DNA of 64,000 bases from Batkoa obscura (Eukaryota), in NCBI GenBank assembly GCA_030770535.1, contig JASVEC010000016.1, forward strand, positions 1 to 64,000, in the 5' to 3' direction. Below are positions 42,280 to 54,731 of this stretch, one piece after another. The notes beneath the pieces are model-generated. The model made no database searches and was not told the DNA's origin. It saw only the letters and a program-made list of their open reading frames with translations. How positions within the stretch are numbered: the first letter of the stretch is position 1; every line of letters starts with the position of its first letter. The position numbers and the translations under genes were made by a program.

Positions 42280-44230
42280 TCATCCAGTATGTTTAAACGC
42301 AAAAACGTTTATAGGCTTTTCTGGTGAGCTAACGATGTATAATTTTGATTTAACTTCATTTTTGTCCTTTAATGTAAAACTAAAATTCCTAACTAATGAA
42401 GCAGTAGCTAAATAAAGCTCCATCCAAGCTAAGCTAAAAATAAATTAATTCTTGATTATGTCTTATTTTATATTATATTACCTTCTACCTAAACACCCCC
42501 TTGGACCAACAGAAAAGGGATAAAAATTATCGTTCAATTTAAATTGGCCGTATTCATCAATCCAACGTTCAGGATCAAACAAATGAGGGTTTTCCCAATT
42601 ATTAGTAGTATTGTGGAGCGCATTCATACTCAGCGAAACTGTGGTCTATACAAAAATGTATTAGCACAACCGATTATACCATTATTACTAAAATTACATT
42701 CTCAGGAAGAAAATAACCATCCACAATTCTTCCACCATTTGGTACACTTCTTACTAAACTGCCTGCTGTAGCTGGACGAATTCTTAAACTTTCGTAAATT
42801 ACTGCTCGAAGATAAACGTTCTCTCTACATATATCATAATTTACCGCCTCTTTGTTTGGAAAAGTAGATATTAACTCCTCTTTGAGTTTATCATAAACCT
42901 CTGGATGTTTTGATAAAAGATAAAAAGTCCTAATTGATTATTAAACTTTAGAAATAAATTCCAAACTATAAATAAACATACCAAGTTAATGAATTAGAGG
43001 TTGTATCTGAACCAGCAATACTAAAAATTAGTTAGCTTATAGTAAATATGTAATTAATGTACTACAGTTGAATTATAGACTCTTCTACAATTTCTTTTTC
43101 GCTAAGTTTTTTTCCAGTGTCTGGGTCGGAAGCATTAATTAAAGTATTTAAAATGGTAACTCTATCCGAACACCCCTTTGCATTTTTAACAGCTTCATAT
43201 GAAAACTAAATTAACGTAAATAACTTGATAAAAAACATAATTAATATTACTTTATAAAGTTGAGTTACACTTTCAAATTTATAATGTTTCAAAAATGGAA
43301 AGGGTCCAACCTAAATATTTATCAACAATGAATGAAATCTAACTATTATAAAATATTACAAAAACAGCTATAACGAAGAAATTTTTAATCCATCCAATAA
43401 CTGGATGATAACCATTCTTTAACATATCAAAGGATTTACCATATGCTACATCTCCAATTACATCCTAATAATAAGTTAAAATTAAATCAATAGCATAATA
43501 ATATTATCGTTACAAATGAAAAGTAATTAAATAAAAGGCCAATATTGAAACATTCTCCTTTCAAAGCCTTTTCTTCAATCTTGTTAACTAAAATATTGAC
43601 ATTTTGTTTTACCAGATACTCCACGTTTGATATAGTTTTATCCGAAAAACTAAAAGCAAGAATTTTTTTCTAAAAGTATACTTTTAGGCAAAATTCATTA
43701 ATTTCACTAGATTATTTACTCTTTGACGATGGAACTCTTTGTCTCTAAATAATTTATAAGTCACATCAGAAACGGCTCAAAAAAATCATTACCTAGTACT
43801 AAGGATAGTTTCCCCAACAACTTGAAAACCATTAGTTTTTCTACTTTTTGGAAAAGTATAAGTGGAATTAATTCGCTTTGCAGCTTCATCAGAGCAAAAT
43901 GATATGCTATCCCAATCTATTAAACAGAATTGTTTAAAATTTCACTTAAAATGATTTCAATGTTTTACTTAATCTAACAGCATTTCCGTATATTTCATGG
44001 AGTCCAGTTACATAGAGATGAAAAGTGCCGTTAAATAAATAATATCTTGGCAAAAAAGGAAAGATTTGATTAATTAATGGTCCAGGAATTTTTCTTAATG
44101 GACTAATATATAGATTGTATATTATCTAAAGATTCATTATTAATGTACAAATAGAGAAAAATGAGTATACCTTATAACACCAATAGACTAGTACAATAAT
44201 GAGTATTAAATACACACTTATTATTTCCAT
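42280..44230 (-). CDS. Cytochrome P450 monooxygenase, ~11 exons (absent from the ORF track)
   Basis: N-terminal TM then SPLRKIPGP, I-helix IAGSDTT, K-helix ESLR, FDPERW, heme motif FSVGPRGCLG. Confidence 0.95.
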
Positions 44231-46565
44231 TGCTTAAAATTATACTTTTGATCCTTGATTTTTATATAGCTTATATGCCTTTATACTTTAATGATTCACA
44301 CTTTTGCTATGTAATGTTTATATAGTTTTTAATCCGATGCTCCTTCTCCCTAACAACTTGTAAAAATAAATATCACTGGTTTGAAATGAAGAAAACATTG
44401 ATTTAAAATTTTCAATTTATAGTACAAATAAATTATCAAAGGATCTCATTAGATAGGTTGAGTTAGGAAGTCAAAAAACTATGTTATATTATATCATTAT
44501 TTAACTAAAAGTGTCTATTTAAATAATATTCAATTACTAGGCGACTAAATTTAGAACTATTACATTAATGCTTTCATGTCATATAATATATAATTTATCA
44601 TTATTCGATAATATGTCGCGTTATTATATTATTTTTACGAGAAAAATTATACATACTCAGCATATGAAATTAAAATATTAAATCTACAATTGGTAATAAA
44701 GCTAGCATTAGCTTTAAAAAGTTTTCTTAAAGGCAGCAGTATAATTAAATTTTAGTTAGCAATCTCTAAATTCAGGTCATCAATAATACTTTTAACTCAT
44801 TAAGATATTTTAAAGTAAACTAATTTCTACTTATTATTTACTACATTGGTAAACTAGAAAGCTTTGTTGCCCTTGTAATGTGATTTAAGCATAGATTCAC
44901 GTGCACTATTTAAAGAATAAAGTATGTTTAGTGGAACCATTTTATTGCTTATATTTTTTGATATTTAGTTATATCTCTTTTTTAAAATCCCAGAAGTGGT
45001 AATATTCTTAAATGCCTTATTACCAAAAGGAAATGTATCTCTTTTTAGGCCTAATAATTTTTTATATAAAGCAAAGATATTAAGACGTTTGGGTATATGA
45101 GTTATATTTGCTGTTGGTAATCTACTACATAAAGGATAGTGTTTATTAACCTTCTTTTTTCTCCTGAAAGGCATGAGTTTGAAATGGCTTATTAATTAAA
45201 ATAAAATATATATACTATAAGCAGCGAATTCTAAGAATTAGTTTATTAATAATGGCTTTATGGAAGCATAGAAAGAAAGTAAAAACCCTTTTTGTTTTTT
45301 GTGAATTGAGTAGAACAAAAATATAATAATTTTGACTCTAATCTCCATAAAGATTCCTATTGCATGAGGAGAACAGTAGAAATCAATGGGAGGAACCTAT
45401 GAGCAGGATGGGTAAACTTTGGATTGGTGAACCTTTTTTGAAAGATCCATAATCCAATGGAAAGAATAGGAGTCTAGCCAAAGATAATATCTAGAAAAAA
45501 GAACTAATAATGCAAAAAATACAAGTGAGTGGGGGAGAGGGTTGGTGAAAATAGTAAGAAAGGACAATACATATGCCCATATATACAAGATGAGGATCAA
45601 AAAACAAAGCTATAAAAGGAAATTAAGCCAAAAGAAGAATGATGAACACAATAGACCTTGTACATGTTTAAACTTAACAATAACAGCTTGAAAGGTGAAG
45701 ATAATATGTATGTATGTATTACTAACAGAAGAAAAAGGAATTTTAGTTTAGAAAATTTTAACATAATAAATTACTATAAGTCAAATAAAGTCAAAACGTA
45801 AGTGATACATTTTTTTGAATTTAACAGAATGAATGAACTTTAAAGCAGTTTGTTATGACTAAAATAAATAAATCAAATAATGAGGAGGTTGATTATAAAG
45901 TAGGAATCCTCTTTCCTGTTTATTATAGAAGATCTTAGCTTTAGTTTAAGAAAATCCATGTAATCAAAAAGTTTTCGATCTGACAGAAATGGAAAGCACA
46001 AGGGCCTTTTCGTTTCTTATCAAAGGAAGTTCCTTATGGCATTTAGAAATTGTCAATAAAGTAGAGGAACAGAAGTCAGTAACAAACCAAGAATAACAAT
46101 ATTGATTTAGTTTTTAACCAAGTAATTCAACATATTTTTTGCATAAAACCTTCAACTGATGTTTTGTTCAATTTTCACTCTAAAAGTGGTCAAAATAGCA
46201 AAAAAGGCATTCTGAATAAAATTGTTGACTAAAAGTCTCAAAGAGTCAAGTGTAAATTAGTTTTATCAATCTATGCTTAACCTCTTAGAAAAAAATCTTT
46301 AATAATATATAATTTACATAAATATTTGAATATGGTCTTTAGCTTTAGTACTTTACTATAAAAGTAAAATAGACCACCATTATTTTAAATTTAAACGCAG
46401 ACTTTAATTGTTCTATTTTTAATTGTTCAATTTTATTGGTTAAATTTAATAAAAATAAATTGCTTACAGATCTTTATATTTTTTAATTGGATATTGAAAT
46501 AATATCCTTTAACTAAATGAATTGTATTATGTAAATATTCATTTTCATTTCACATTTTTTATTTC

Positions 46566-48332
46566 ATGGAGCAACAAGATATGTCAAATTCAAAGAAAAT
46601 AGGCCATAGATGTGATCAATGTTATCAAAGTCACGTCAAATGCGACAAGTTGCTGCCTAAATGTTCAAGATGTCTTAGGAGGAAAACTGATTGTACTTTT
46701 ATAAGAGAGACTGTATATAATAAAGAGATAGACGCTCAGTATGGGTCGTATAAAAGGCAAGTCGCACGCAAAGTTAATGTTAAAACAGAGAAGAAATTTA
46801 TATATGTAAAGGAAAATAAACTTAGTTTAAAACAACTTCAATCAAAAGGAGAGATTGAGTATCAACTATTAAAATTACCTAAAGGTTATAATTTTTCATA
46901 TAATATCCTTGGGATATTTAATAAGTTCCAAAGAAAACTATTACTGGAAAACTTGTTAAATTTTATTCAAAATCCGTCTCCATTTTTTCCTAGTAAAGGT
47001 CTAAACCTTTTCATCACATTAATAGAAAAACTGAATTTAGTATCATATAAACCTATAAAATTGATTTCGATATCCAAGGTACCAGAGGAAACTGAACTCA
47101 ATATCAGACCAATTTTAAGCCAGGCCATAGTCAACTACTTTAAAGTTATCAACAAGGTGTTCCCCTTATTCGATGAAACAAGATTCAGTTTCATTTCACG
47201 CTCGTTCCATTTAAAACTAGCAATACTTACAGGTGGGCTTTTATGTATGGAGCAAACTAAAACAGTAAAGGGTTTAATTAAATATTTTGAGGGAGAAATT
47301 TATAGCTTTGTTAAAAATATTCCCAGAATTAAACCCAGTTTAGAAAACATACAACTAATTCTTGTATTAGTTGGGAGTATATCTTATTTTCCATGGGTTA
47401 ATAGTCTTAAAGAGTTTCTTCTATTTCACTGCTATAGAATATCGTTTATAATAGGATTAAATCAATCTTCGAGCAAGTTATCAAGAAAAATTAATATAGA
47501 AAGGGTTTATACTTATTGCATGTTAAACTTTTATTATAATGGCAATTTAATAACTTATGGTTCATATGCTGCTGAACCTATACTTCCTTTAGAGTTGAAA
47601 AAGATAGAAAATGATTATACGTATAAATTCTCAAATTATAAGTTTAATTTTAGCAAAAATGATAAAGAGATACAACAATATTGTTTTTTGAAATTACAAG
47701 AATTTTATTATATATTGAGTACCCTATTTTTTGATTTACGATTGATTAAAGAGGAAAGTACAAGGCAAAGGGAAGATCAATTAAAATTTGACAATATTTT
47801 AAAAAAACTTTCATTTAAAGTATTGGTTATTAAAGAAAAATATACTAGGATTTTAGATGATCTTATAGTAAAAGTAGATAGTCAAGGCTTAAGAGGATTT
47901 ATCAAAGAGTATCAGTATTGTATTATTCATTTTTTCCACCAAGTCAATTTTTATATTTATACTATCCAGTTTAATATATCTAAAGAAAAAAAGATTTATG
48001 AAATGCAAGAATATACAACTGGTAAAAATATTGGCATAAATACATCATATCACATTGAAAATATACTTTTAAAGTGTTATTTAGCAATTGATAGTGCTGT
48101 TATGAATTGTCATAATTATACACTTGCCTTCGATTGTCCGCTCGTTTCTACTTGTTTGATCTTTATGATGCGGTTTGGAGGAAATAGTGAGGAGAATTTG
48201 ATCTACGTTCAAAAAGGAAAAGAATTTCTACACTCTTTATTGAAGTCACCTTCTGCTATGGGAATATGTGAAATGAATTTAAAGCTCCTTGAAATCACCA
48301 GTAAGTCGCTAAATACTATTAAAATTGAATAA
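46566..48332 (+). CDS. Zn2Cys6 (Gal4-type) transcription factor, intronless
   Basis: CDQCYQSHVKCDKLLPKCSRCLRRKTDC; YF..IN..FPLF middle-homology-like motif. Confidence 0.92.
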   Translation: MEQQDMSNSKKIGHRCDQCYQSHVKCDKLLPKCSRCLRRKTDCTFIRETVYNKEIDAQYGSYKRQVARKVNVKTEKKFIYVKENKLSLKQLQSKGEIEYQLLKLPKGYNFSYNILGIFNKFQRKLLLENLLNFIQNPSPFFPSKGLNLFITLIEKLNLVSYKPIKLISISKVPEETELNIRPILSQAIVNYFKVINKVFPLFDETRFSFISRSFHLKLAILTGGLLCMEQTKTVKGLIKYFEGEIYSFVKNIPRIKPSLENIQLILVLVGSISYFPWVNSLKEFLLFHCYRISFIIGLNQSSSKLSRKINIERVYTYCMLNFYYNGNLITYGSYAAEPILPLELKKIENDYTYKFSNYKFNFSKNDKEIQQYCFLKLQEFYYILSTLFFDLRLIKEESTRQREDQLKFDNILKKLSFKVLVIKEKYTRILDDLIVKVDSQGLRGFIKEYQYCIIHFFHQVNFYIYTIQFNISKEKKIYEMQEYTTGKNIGINTSYHIENILLKCYLAIDSAVMNCHNYTLAFDCPLVSTCLIFMMRFGGNSEENLIYVQKGKEFLHSLLKSPSAMGICEMNLKLLEITSKSLNTIKIE

Positions 48333-48528
48333 TCAAAATCAAATACTCATTTTTTATATTATTGGGGTTCACTTTTTTGACATTAAAATTTACTACTAAT
48401 ACAATTTAAAGAGCAATTTTTTAATATCCTAAGTCAAGCATTTATAGAATATAATATTATTTCAAAAGAAATTAGCTTGTAGTTGAAAAGCTTGATAAAG
48501 TTATTATTTTTTACTAGTTTAAATAAAT

Positions 48529-48622
48529 GGGGGTATTTTTTTTGGTTTCATTGTTTTTTTCATCTTTTAAGCACTATTTGAGCGGAAAAATTGTTAATAA
48601 AAATAAACACAAAATAATCCCC
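48529..48622 (+). mobile_element. MITE copy
   Basis: GGGGGTA...ATCCCC, AAAT target duplication. Confidence 0.92.
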
Positions 48623-49688
48623 AAATACCGTAACTCAGATTCAATAGTTAGGTAATAAATAATATTTTTTATATTATATTAATAGTTTGAATAATATTGT
48701 AATTTTTAAAAAAAATTAATAAAATAGATCTGAAGCCTATTGTTAATTTATTACTTATTTTTTCACATTTGTTTACTTATTGGCATCAAAATTTAGTAAA
48801 GTTACTAAAGTAATAATAGATTTAATATAATAAATATCAGTTTAAACTATACTTTTTTTTGAAATTGTGTGAAATTGAATAATTGTCAAAAAAATTTCAA
48901 AGCAGTCATTAAATTTATGGTAAATTTATTGTAGTTTACTTACAGAATAAGGTCCTAACACCTTTGGATATTTCACATATTTACAAACTCGCTTTGTTTC
49001 TGTAATAGAATAATACTTAGCATAATTTTGTTGACAACTACTCTTATATAAACAACACAGCCCTATCTACAAATAACATTTCTCCACTTTATACACAAGT
49101 TTATCCTTATAAATTCACACAGCAATTAACTTTTATTAGTCTAAATTAAACTTAAAAGCATTAATTATCATGAATTAAATATCCAGAATTCTAATTAGAA
49201 GGAGTAAATACTAATTTTGCAAATATGACTTTTATGTAATAAATAACCATTGAATTGTTATTGAATCTTTGAGATCTAAATCGAGATTTGTTTGCTAAAA
49301 TTAAGGTTCGATCTATAAAGAATTTCAAAAAATATAAATAAATAATATTGAAATTTGTATTTAGAAATTGAAACATGTACTCCAAGATTCTATTATTTCT
49401 AATTAAAACTGCCTTTTGACAAAGAAATCAAAGTATAGTATTTTTAAAAGAATTCTTTAATTTTCTTTTTATTTCTACCCATTTTCCTGGAGTTGTGATT
49501 AAAAAATTTACGATCTACAATGGAATGATTTAAGAATTACTCTCCACTTTTTATTTAAATTTGTTTGAATTTAAAATATTGTTTTAGATTTCAGTTACTA
49601 AAAATTGCTTTCGGGGATTTACTTTTAATATTTATAGTATATAAAGTCAAGGTACTGTGAATAGAATAATTTATAAAAATAAAATACA

Positions 49689-50540
49689 ATGGTTAATAAA
49701 GTGTTGTCTTTAAGAATATTAAACTTCGTCACTGGTTTAGCAGCCATTATTGTAAATATTATCACAACTTTAGTTCCATTAAATGGCAGCAGGTTGAGCG
49801 ATATGGACAATAATGTCAACAAAATTATGCCTGCTGGTACTGCTTTTTCAATCTGGGCCGTCATTTATATATTTAAGCTATTATTTATGATCTATCAACT
49901 ATTCCCAAGAACATATGACTTAAAATACATCAATTATGGCATCACCCCATACTTTAGTTTATTAGCTTTATTAAATATTACTTGGCTACTCACACAGGCT
50001 TATCTTAAAGATGAGTTATATATTGTGCAGCTTATTGTTATTTATGTGATGTTTGTTGTATTGTTAGTTATGTATTCAATGACCTTTAAATACATCAAGA
50101 ACGACCTCATATTAAGTACTGAGTCAAATAATAATTTCTATTTGAATTATTGGTTAGGTAGAGTATGGTTATCCATCTATTTTGCTTGGATTACAGGTGC
50201 TATATGCGTTGATTCCTTCTCTGTTTTCTCTGATCTTCCAACAACAACTTATATAAGTTCTACTATCACTTTATGCTTACTAGCTATACTCACAATAGTG
50301 ATAGTATTTATCAATCGTGATGTAGCTTTCAGTTTAACTTTTATTTGGACTTCAGCTTGGATCATTGTTAATCATAAAAATGTTGAAGAAGGGTATCCAC
50401 TTTTTATTACTGCTTGTGTTGTTATTGCAGTTGTTTCAATTGTTACGGTTGTAGCTTTTATCTTAAATTTGAAATTTGTTTTTAATCGAAGAAAGATTAG
50501 CGAAACAGAAATTGAGAAATTGAATAATGAGATATCTTAG
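49689..50540 (+). CDS. Multi-pass membrane protein, TspO/tryptophan-rich sensory protein-like, tandem copy 1
   Basis: MPAGTAFSIWAVIY, LLNITW and SIYFAWITGA motifs; ~8 hydrophobic segments. Confidence 0.75.
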   Translation: MVNKVLSLRILNFVTGLAAIIVNIITTLVPLNGSRLSDMDNNVNKIMPAGTAFSIWAVIYIFKLLFMIYQLFPRTYDLKYINYGITPYFSLLALLNITWLLTQAYLKDELYIVQLIVIYVMFVVLLVMYSMTFKYIKNDLILSTESNNNFYLNYWLGRVWLSIYFAWITGAICVDSFSVFSDLPTTTYISSTITLCLLAILTIVIVFINRDVAFSLTFIWTSAWIIVNHKNVEEGYPLFITACVVIAVVSIVTVVAFILNLKFVFNRRKISETEIEKLNNEIS

Positions 50541-50997
50541 AATATATATATGTTTATTACTTAAAAGGTTCCCAAGCTGATTCAACTATTTCAAACATCT
50601 ATCAAACCATAATAATTTTGACTAAATTTTTAGCTCATATTGAAGATAATGTTTTTATTATATTTAATAAAACTTAATTAACGAAAAATTTCATTTTGAA
50701 TTTATTATAATTTTCAATATTAAAAACTTATTTTTATAAAAATTTATCATATGTCCTAACATAAATTTGTTCTATTTAATTTTATTTTTAACTAATTTCA
50801 GAAAATTCTTGTTATTTATATTACTTGTATTTTTTTATTATATTTAATATATTCAACGATTATTAAATTTAATAATAAAACTTAAAAAAGTAAAAACATG
50901 ATATCACAGAGTGTCTAAAATTTTTATAGGAGTATTTATATTGTTATAATTTAAATAATAAAAGCAAATAAGATAACAGAATTAGTAGATATACTTC

Positions 50998-51038
50998 AAA
51001 ATTGTTAGTAAAATTCTTAAACACAAAAATATATCTTC
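50998..51038 (+). mobile_element. MITE 3' fragment
   Basis: AAAATTGTTAGTAAAATTCTTAAACACAAAAATATATCTTC followed by ATAT. Confidence 0.75.
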
Positions 51039-51341
51039 ATATAATAACTTTCTTTTTGTTTTTTCTACATTATAATATTTATATATAAAGCTTTCAATAT
51101 GAGTACAAATTTCAAATTAAGAAAATTTGGAAAAGGTTATTTTAAGCTCACTTTGTTTCGGCCCTAATAACTTTATTACTTTAATTTTATTAATACAGGA
51201 GTCAAATATAATAAATTACAGATCATTTTAAACTATATCCATTAGTTTTTCTGTCTCATTTACTTTTATTGTTCAAACTATAATAATATAAATACTTTCA
51301 CATAAACTTTAGATACCTTGTACTTTTGTCAATTACTGTAT

Positions 51342-51434
51342 GGGGATGTATTTGTGTTTAAGAATTTTACTAACAAATTTCCCACTGAAATAGCGCTTAA
51401 AAAATGGAAAAAATAATGAAGTCAAAACACTCCC
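51342..51434 (-). mobile_element. MITE copy
   Basis: GGGGATG...CACTCCC with consensus core. Confidence 0.9.
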
Positions 51435-51769
51435 ATGTCTATTAATATTAATATATTTATCAAATTTCAATTGCTATAATTATACTATAATTTAAATAAT
51501 ACCTTAAAAGTCAAGGCTTACAATATTATATAATACAATATAATCAACATAAGTTATAAAAGACAAAACAATGTATAAATCATTTTAATAAACTGTTCAT
51601 TAAAATAGATTTAAAGGTTGTTACAATTTTTTACTATAACTTTATTTAAATTTAAAACTAAAATTTTTAGGTGCATTTATTAACAAACGTCTTCGGAGAT
51701 TTAGGTTTAATATCTAAAATATATAAGGAAGATTAAATTAGATCAATAATTTAATCTGCAGAAAAAATA

Positions 51770-52733
51770 ATGGCTAACAATATATTGATTTCACGAGTTC
51801 TTAACTTCATTATAGGTTTAATAACTATCATTGTAAATGGCATTATAACTGCAGTTCCAATAAATGGTGGAAGATTAATAGATAGGGATGATAGTTTAAA
51901 CAAATTTATGCCATCTCCAGTTGCATTTTCGATCTGGGGTATTATTTACATATTTAAACTAGCCTTTATGATCTACCAATTATTACCAAGGACCTATAAC
52001 TTAAAATATATCAATTATGGTATTACCCCATATTTCAGCACATTAGCGCTATTGAATATGACTTGGCTAATTACAGAAGCTTACCTTAGAAATAGTTACG
52101 ATTTTATACAACTATTTATCCTTTATACCATGTTTATTGTATTATTTTTCATGTATACAACTACATTTAGCTATATCAAAAAGGACTTCATAATGAGAAC
52201 TGAATCCAGCAACAATTTTCATTTAAATTATTGGTTTGGTAGAGTATGGTTATCTATGTATTTTGCTTGGATTACAGGTGCCATATGTGTTGATTCTTTC
52301 TCTGTTTTTTCTGACCTTCCAACATCAACTTATATAAGTTCATCTGCTATCTTGTGTTTATTAACTATAACTACAATGTTTGTACTTCATGCTAACCGCG
52401 ATGTTGTTTTCAGTTTAACTTTTATTTGGTTTACGTCTTGGATTATTGTCCACAACAAGAGTGTCAAAGAAGCGTATGTTCTTATTATCACCTCTATTAT
52501 TGTACTTTCGATCATTTTAATAGCTACAGTCATTACATTTGCTTTAAATATCAAGTTTATTATTAATAGATATAGGGGAATAGAAAGTGAACCAGAAAGT
52601 GAAAGTGAAAGTGAAAGTGAAAGTAAAGAATTGAATTTATATTATAAATAAATAATTTTAATCATTGTTTATAGGATTTCCAACCTTGCTTGATTACTTT
52701 AAACGTTCATCGAATTATAACAGTCTTGATTAA
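51770..52733 (+). CDS. TspO-like membrane protein, tandem copy 2; 2 exons (51770-52622, 52675-52733)
   Basis: Paralog of copy 1; 52-bp intron GTAAAG...TTTATAG, exon 2 encodes RFPTLLDYFKRSSNYNSLD*. Confidence 0.78.
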
Positions 52734-53315
52734 AGTTTAGACAAGATTGAGGATTTCCAATTCTTTATTATATTTTAATGAAAGTTTAATTTTCAAAATG
52801 GACTTTACAAGAAGCTATTCATTATTTGAATTTACTCATCTTAATCAAAGTTCCCCTTTATAACTGTCAATTTTATATAATAAACATTATCTTAAACATT
52901 TATTTAAAAACTAGTCGTATGAGCTTGCAAACCTTGTATTCTATTTTTATTTTTTATTTATTTATATAAAATTACTACTACAAATATTAGCTTTATTTGT
53001 TGTAGCTAAATTAATTACTTGGTATTTAAATCAACTTTGGGACAAAGATCGTGTTTAACTTGGCTTATAAATACAATAAGGATATTTAGTCAAGGAACTT
53101 TACCTTCATAACAAATAATTTTTTAATGTCAGTTTTTATTAATACTTATTTAGAAGATATAATACTTTAATATCTAACTTTCGAAAATAATATTAATTGT
53201 ATTGAATTTCAAAATATCTGACAGTGCTTAATCTTATATAATAAGTTTCAACAAGAATTTACCAGCTATTTAACATTCAAATGTTAAACTTGTAGTTGAA
53301 GTTTATTTAATATAT

Positions 53316-53410
53316 GGGGATGTTTTTTTTGATTTCATTACTTTTATCATTTTTTAAGCACTGTTTGAGCAGAAAGATTGTTAGTAAAATTCTTAAGAAA
53401 ACACACCCCC
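53316..53410 (+). mobile_element. MITE copy
   Basis: GGGGATG...CACCCCC, ATAT target duplication. Confidence 0.92.
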
Positions 53411-53803
53411 ATATTATTCTTTAGAATTTTTATAAATGCACTTTTATAAAAATATAATAGAAAAGTCTAATTGAAATTTATAACTATTAAATAAATTATT
53501 ATCTCTAATTACAATTTTTAAAAGTGGTGATTTATGTATGATAATAATATTATTAAGTATTATTCAAGTTATAAAAATGTAAAAAAGAAGATCAAGATTT
53601 AACTCATTTTGATTGGAGTGTCCATAATAGGTGTGATAGAATAATACGTCATTTTTTTTATTTTAAACCAATTTTAATCTCAGTCAAAATTTAAGCATTA
53701 TTTACTAAAATGCTTATGGAGATTTAGTTTTAATTTTTAAAGTATAAAAACACAAGCAAAATCCAATTTATTTTATATTTTATATCTTATATTTTAAATT
53801 TAA

Positions 53804-54731
53804 ATGAATAATAAAATATTATTATCAAGAATATTCAACTTTGTTTCTGGTATAATTGCTCTTAGTATCAATGGCTTTATAAAAGTAGTACCAATCAAAG
53901 GTAATAATCCAAATCAATTGATGCCATCTCCAATTGCATTTTCAATTTGGGGGATTATTTATTTATTTAAATTAAGTTTTATGATTTATCAATTATTACC
54001 AAGAACATATACTTTAAAATATATTAATAAAGGTATCACTCCTTACTTTAGTATATTAGCTTTATTAAATATAACCTGGCTAATTACTCAATCTCAATTT
54101 CGAGGTGCTTATTATTTTATTCAACTTATTGTTATATATTTGATGTTTTTAATATTATTTTTTATGTATACAACTACGTTTAAGTATATTAAAAATGACC
54201 TTATAATGAAAATAGAATCTAATGATAATTTTTATTTAAATTATTGGTTTGGTAGAGTATGGTTATCTATGTATTTTGCTTGGATTACAGGTGCTATCTG
54301 TGTGGATTCCTTTTCTGTATTTTCTAGTTTTTCATCAACAAATTATATAAGTTCATCTTTAACTTTATGCTTATTAACTATAATTACAATGTTTGTACTT
54401 CACATTAACCGTGATGTTGTATTTAGTTTAACTTTTATTTGGTTTACATCTTGGGTATTAATCAATAATAAGGATATTGAAGGTAGTTATCCACTTTTTA
54501 TTACTTCTATTATAGCTATTGGCATTATTTCTATTGCTTCTATTATGACTTTAATTTTAAATATTCAATTTGTTATTAATCGTAATAGAGGTATTGAAAT
54601 GAATACAGAAAATGAAAGTAAGCGATTAAATTCCTAATATATTAATTAAACAACTAATATTAATATTCATAGATTTCCAAAGGCTATTCAATTATTTTAA
54701 ACGTTCATCAAATTATAATAGTTTGGATTAA
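53804..54731 (+). CDS. TspO-like membrane protein, tandem copy 3; 2 exons (53804-54617, 54673-54731)
   Basis: 55-bp intron GTAAGC...CATAG with a CTAAT branch-like site; exon 2 encodes NFQRLFNYFKRSSNYNSLD*. Confidence 0.8.

Noticed and set aside
49300..49320. GGTTCGA T-loop-like motif
   Set aside because: No tRNA cloverleaf stems in the AT-rich surroundings; no tRNA or rRNA gene was recognised in the window
49689..54637. Recent horizontal transfer of the TspO-like genes from bacteria
   Set aside because: Base composition matches the host, spliceosomal introns are present, and a phylogeny would be needed
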